Positions 61,727 through 64,000 of a DNA stretch of 64,000 nt are shown here, in pieces. The stretch is taken from contig CAVVPN010000003.1 of assembly GCA_963750165.1 (NCBI GenBank), positions 1,408,001 to 1,472,000 on the forward strand. Reading direction: 5' to 3'. Position 1 is the first letter of the stretch, and each line of letters opens with the position of its first letter. Made by a program: the position numbers and the translations under genes. Below the pieces are notes generated by a model that was given only the letters and a program-made list of their open reading frames with translations, searched no databases and had not been told where the DNA came from. Source of the stretch: an uncultured Gemmataceae bacterium. Lineage in GTDB: Bacteria; Planctomycetota; Planctomycetia; Gemmatales; Gemmataceae.

Positions 61727-63496
61727 GTGGCGACCGCTGCCGAACCCCAGGTCGAGAAAAAAGACAAGCGCCCCAGCACCTCGCACTTGAAGGTCGTCCC
61801 CGAGACGCGCGCGCTGCGCGACCGCGTCCGCGCCGAGGCCGCCCGCGTCGGCCAAGGCTTCGACCGCGCGCGGCCGCTCACCAAGCAAGCGCTGCAGGCG
61901 ATGGCCGAGCTGCTGCTGCGCGACATGGGGCTGGGCGAACAGTACCTCGGCTTCACGATGGTGGCGCTGTCCAACGAGTTCTGGCGCGAGCAGGTGCAGG
62001 CCATCGACTTCAAGCGCCGCCTGCTGCTGCTGCCTCACTGCCTCAAGAACGCGGAGGGCTGCCCTGCCGACTACGACGAGTTCGGCCTCGATTGCAAGAA
62101 GTGCGGCGCCTGTTCCGTCGCGGACTTCAAGGTCAAGGCGGAAGAGCTCGGCTACAAGGTGCTCGTCTCCGAGGGCACGCCCATCGTCCTGAAGATCATC
62201 GTCAGCGGCCACGTCGATGCCATCGTCGGCGTCGCCTGCCTGAACGTGCTTGAAAAGGCCATCGACAAGATATTACTGGCCGGCATCCCCTGCGTCGCGG
62301 CGCCGCTGCTGTCGAGCAACTGCCGCAGCACCAGCGTCGATGACGACTGGGTCGCCGAGCTGATCGACCTGCACGTCCCCAAGGAACAGCCGCAGACGAA
62401 GACGTATGTCCATCTGATGCGGGCGGCGAACGCCATTTGCGAGGAGCCGGAATTGTCGCGGCTGGCCCCGCGGGCGCGGGCGAAGGGGACCGACCCGCTC
62501 GCCGCTCACGAGAACATCGCTTACGACTTCCTGGGCAACGGCGGCAAGCGGTCGCGGCCGTTCATCACGCTGGCGGCTTACGACGCCCTGAAGGGGGCGC
62601 CCGGCACACGCTCGGTGGAGGGCGTGGACCTGCCCGACGCGGTGAAGCGCACCGCCCTGGCGATCGAGGCGTTCCACAAGGCGTCGCTGGTCCACGACGA
62701 CATTGAGGACGACGACACCTTCCGCTACGGCCGGGCGACGCTGCACCGCCAGCACGGCGTCGGCACGGCGATCAACGTCGGCGATTACCTGATCGGCCTC
62801 GGCTACCGCCTGGTGAGCCGCGAGCGCAAGGCCCTGGGCGGCGACTGCACCGCGGACATCCTGGACCGCCTGGCGGACGCGCACATGAAGCTGTCCGAGG
62901 GTCAGGGGGCGGAATTGCTCTGGCGCGACGCCCGCGACAAGACGCTGACGGCCCTGGACGCATTGAAGATGTACGCGCTGAAGACGGCGCCGGCGTTCGA
63001 GGCGGCGCTGTACGCAGGGCTGCGGTGCGCGGGGCCGACGGAGCCATATGACAAGCTGGTGGTCGAGTTCAGCCGGCACCTGGGCATCGCCTTCCAGATT
63101 TTGAACGACCTGAAGGACTGGCAGCCGGACGAGGACAACAAGCTGCTGGCGGGTCAGGACGTGCTGGCGGCCCGGCCGACGCTGCTGCTGGCGCTGGCGC
63201 TGGAGGGCTCGGCGCCGGCGGAGCGGGCGGAACTGCTGGCGCTGCTGCACGACGCCGGCGGCGAACGCGCGGCCCGGCTCGAACAGGTGCGCCGCATCTT
63301 TTTCAAGGCGCAGGTCTTCGACAAGGCGGACAAGCTGGTCGAAAAATACCGGGCGCGGGCGGAGGCCCTGGCGGACGCAGTGGAGCCGACGGAGTTGCGC
63401 GAGCTGCTGTATTACCTCATCGATTCGGTGCTGGAGCGGCAGGCGCTGCCGGTGGCGGAAACGGGGATCGTCCAGATCGTGCAACTGGGAGCATGA
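61727..63496 (+). CDS. Polyprenyl diphosphate synthase fused to an N-terminal Cys-rich DUF116-type domain
   Basis: LLLPHCL..C..CKKCGAC and IVGVAC; then GGKRSRP, HDDIEDDD..RYG, GQGAE, LKT, FQILNDLKD. Confidence 0.85.
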   Translation: MATAAEPQVEKKDKRPSTSHLKVVPETRALRDRVRAEAARVGQGFDRARPLTKQALQAMAELLLRDMGLGEQYLGFTMVALSNEFWREQVQAIDFKRRLLLLPHCLKNAEGCPADYDEFGLDCKKCGACSVADFKVKAEELGYKVLVSEGTPIVLKIIVSGHVDAIVGVACLNVLEKAIDKILLAGIPCVAAPLLSSNCRSTSVDDDWVAELIDLHVPKEQPQTKTYVHLMRAANAICEEPELSRLAPRARAKGTDPLAAHENIAYDFLGNGGKRSRPFITLAAYDALKGAPGTRSVEGVDLPDAVKRTALAIEAFHKASLVHDDIEDDDTFRYGRATLHRQHGVGTAINVGDYLIGLGYRLVSRERKALGGDCTADILDRLADAHMKLSEGQGAELLWRDARDKTLTALDALKMYALKTAPAFEAALYAGLRCAGPTEPYDKLVVEFSRHLGIAFQILNDLKDWQPDEDNKLLAGQDVLAARPTLLLALALEGSAPAERAELLALLHDAGGERAARLEQVRRIFFKAQVFDKADKLVEKYRARAEALADAVEPTELRELLYYLIDSVLERQALPVAETGIVQIVQLGA

Positions 63497-64000
63497 GCAC
63501 ACAACCGAACCTGACGAACCCGGACACGCGCGGCCTGTTCGGCCTGTTCCCGCAGGCCGAGTACCTGGCCTACGCGGAACTGGTGTCCGACGAGCAGGTG
63601 CCCGAGCCGTACCACGGCCTGCTGGTCCACGAACACCACATGACGGTCACGGTCGAGCAGTTCCACGGCAGTCCGGTGGACGTGCGTGTGTTACAGCAAT
63701 ACCGCGGCCAGAACGCTTACGCTCGCAAGATTCTGCTGGAAACGCAGCGCGACCGCCGCGTTGTCATGTTCGGCCTGGTGCGGATTCACCTGCGTTTCTG
63801 CAATGACGAGGTGCGGGCGGAGATTCTGTCCGGGCAAATCCCGCTGGGCCGCGTGCTCATCAACCACGACATTTTGCGCCGCATCGAGCCGACCGCGTTC
63901 GTGCGGGTGGTGCCGGGGCCGGGCCTGATGGAGTGGTTCGGCCTGCCGCGGCCGCGCCCGACCTACGGCCGGCTGGCGACGATTCATTGCGACAATTACC
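63493..64000 (+). CDS. Chorismate-lyase(UbiC)-fold-like hypothetical protein, runs off the window end
   Basis: ATGA overlap with the upstream gene; LLVHEHHMTVTVE, VRVL, ARKILL, IPLGRVL, YGR. Absent from the supplied ORF track because it has no stop. Confidence 0.6.
   Translation, partial: MSTQPNLTNPDTRGLFGLFPQAEYLAYAELVSDEQVPEPYHGLLVHEHHMTVTVEQFHGSPVDVRVLQQYRGQNAYARKILLETQRDRRVVMFGLVRIHLRFCNDEVRAEILSGQIPLGRVLINHDILRRIEPTAFVRVVPGPGLMEWFGLPRPRPTYGRLATIHCDNY

Overview
High-GC bacterial chromosomal segment. Gene content points to Planctomycetota, probably Gemmataceae-like (inference from the membrane-anchored ECF sigma factor, ECF-Ser/Thr kinase pair, LEPR-XLL-type secreted protein, PQQ/WD40 propellers and groEL-groES-groEL-dnaJ-grpE order). 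Main blocks: rhamnulokinase; a GT-C/GT2/methyltransferase glycosylation cassette; a complete hoxEFUYH-hoxW bidirectional [NiFe]-hydrogenase operon; two secreted caspase-family proteins; a chaperone operon behind a perfect sigma-54 promoter; a TPR-YggX/PSP1 pair; folC with a hybrid histidine kinase; a wHTH + methyltransferase + P-loop ATPase + Rpn block; an ECF/STK/secreted-protein triad; and the start of a terpenoid cluster (SHC-like cyclase, DUF116-type domain fused to a polyprenyl synthase, chorismate-lyase-like protein). No rRNA, tRNA, CRISPR array, transposase or integrase was seen. About a dozen genes carry single-base frameshifts that look like assembly errors. The most notable observations are: a possible meroterpenoid pathway; an Rpn gene with an internal small-antitoxin start plus a free-standing same-length copy of that antitoxin; nested palindromic elements, two of which begin exactly at stop codons; and a REP palindrome translated in frame inside the cyclase gene. 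Family assignments come from motif recognition by eye; no searches were run.
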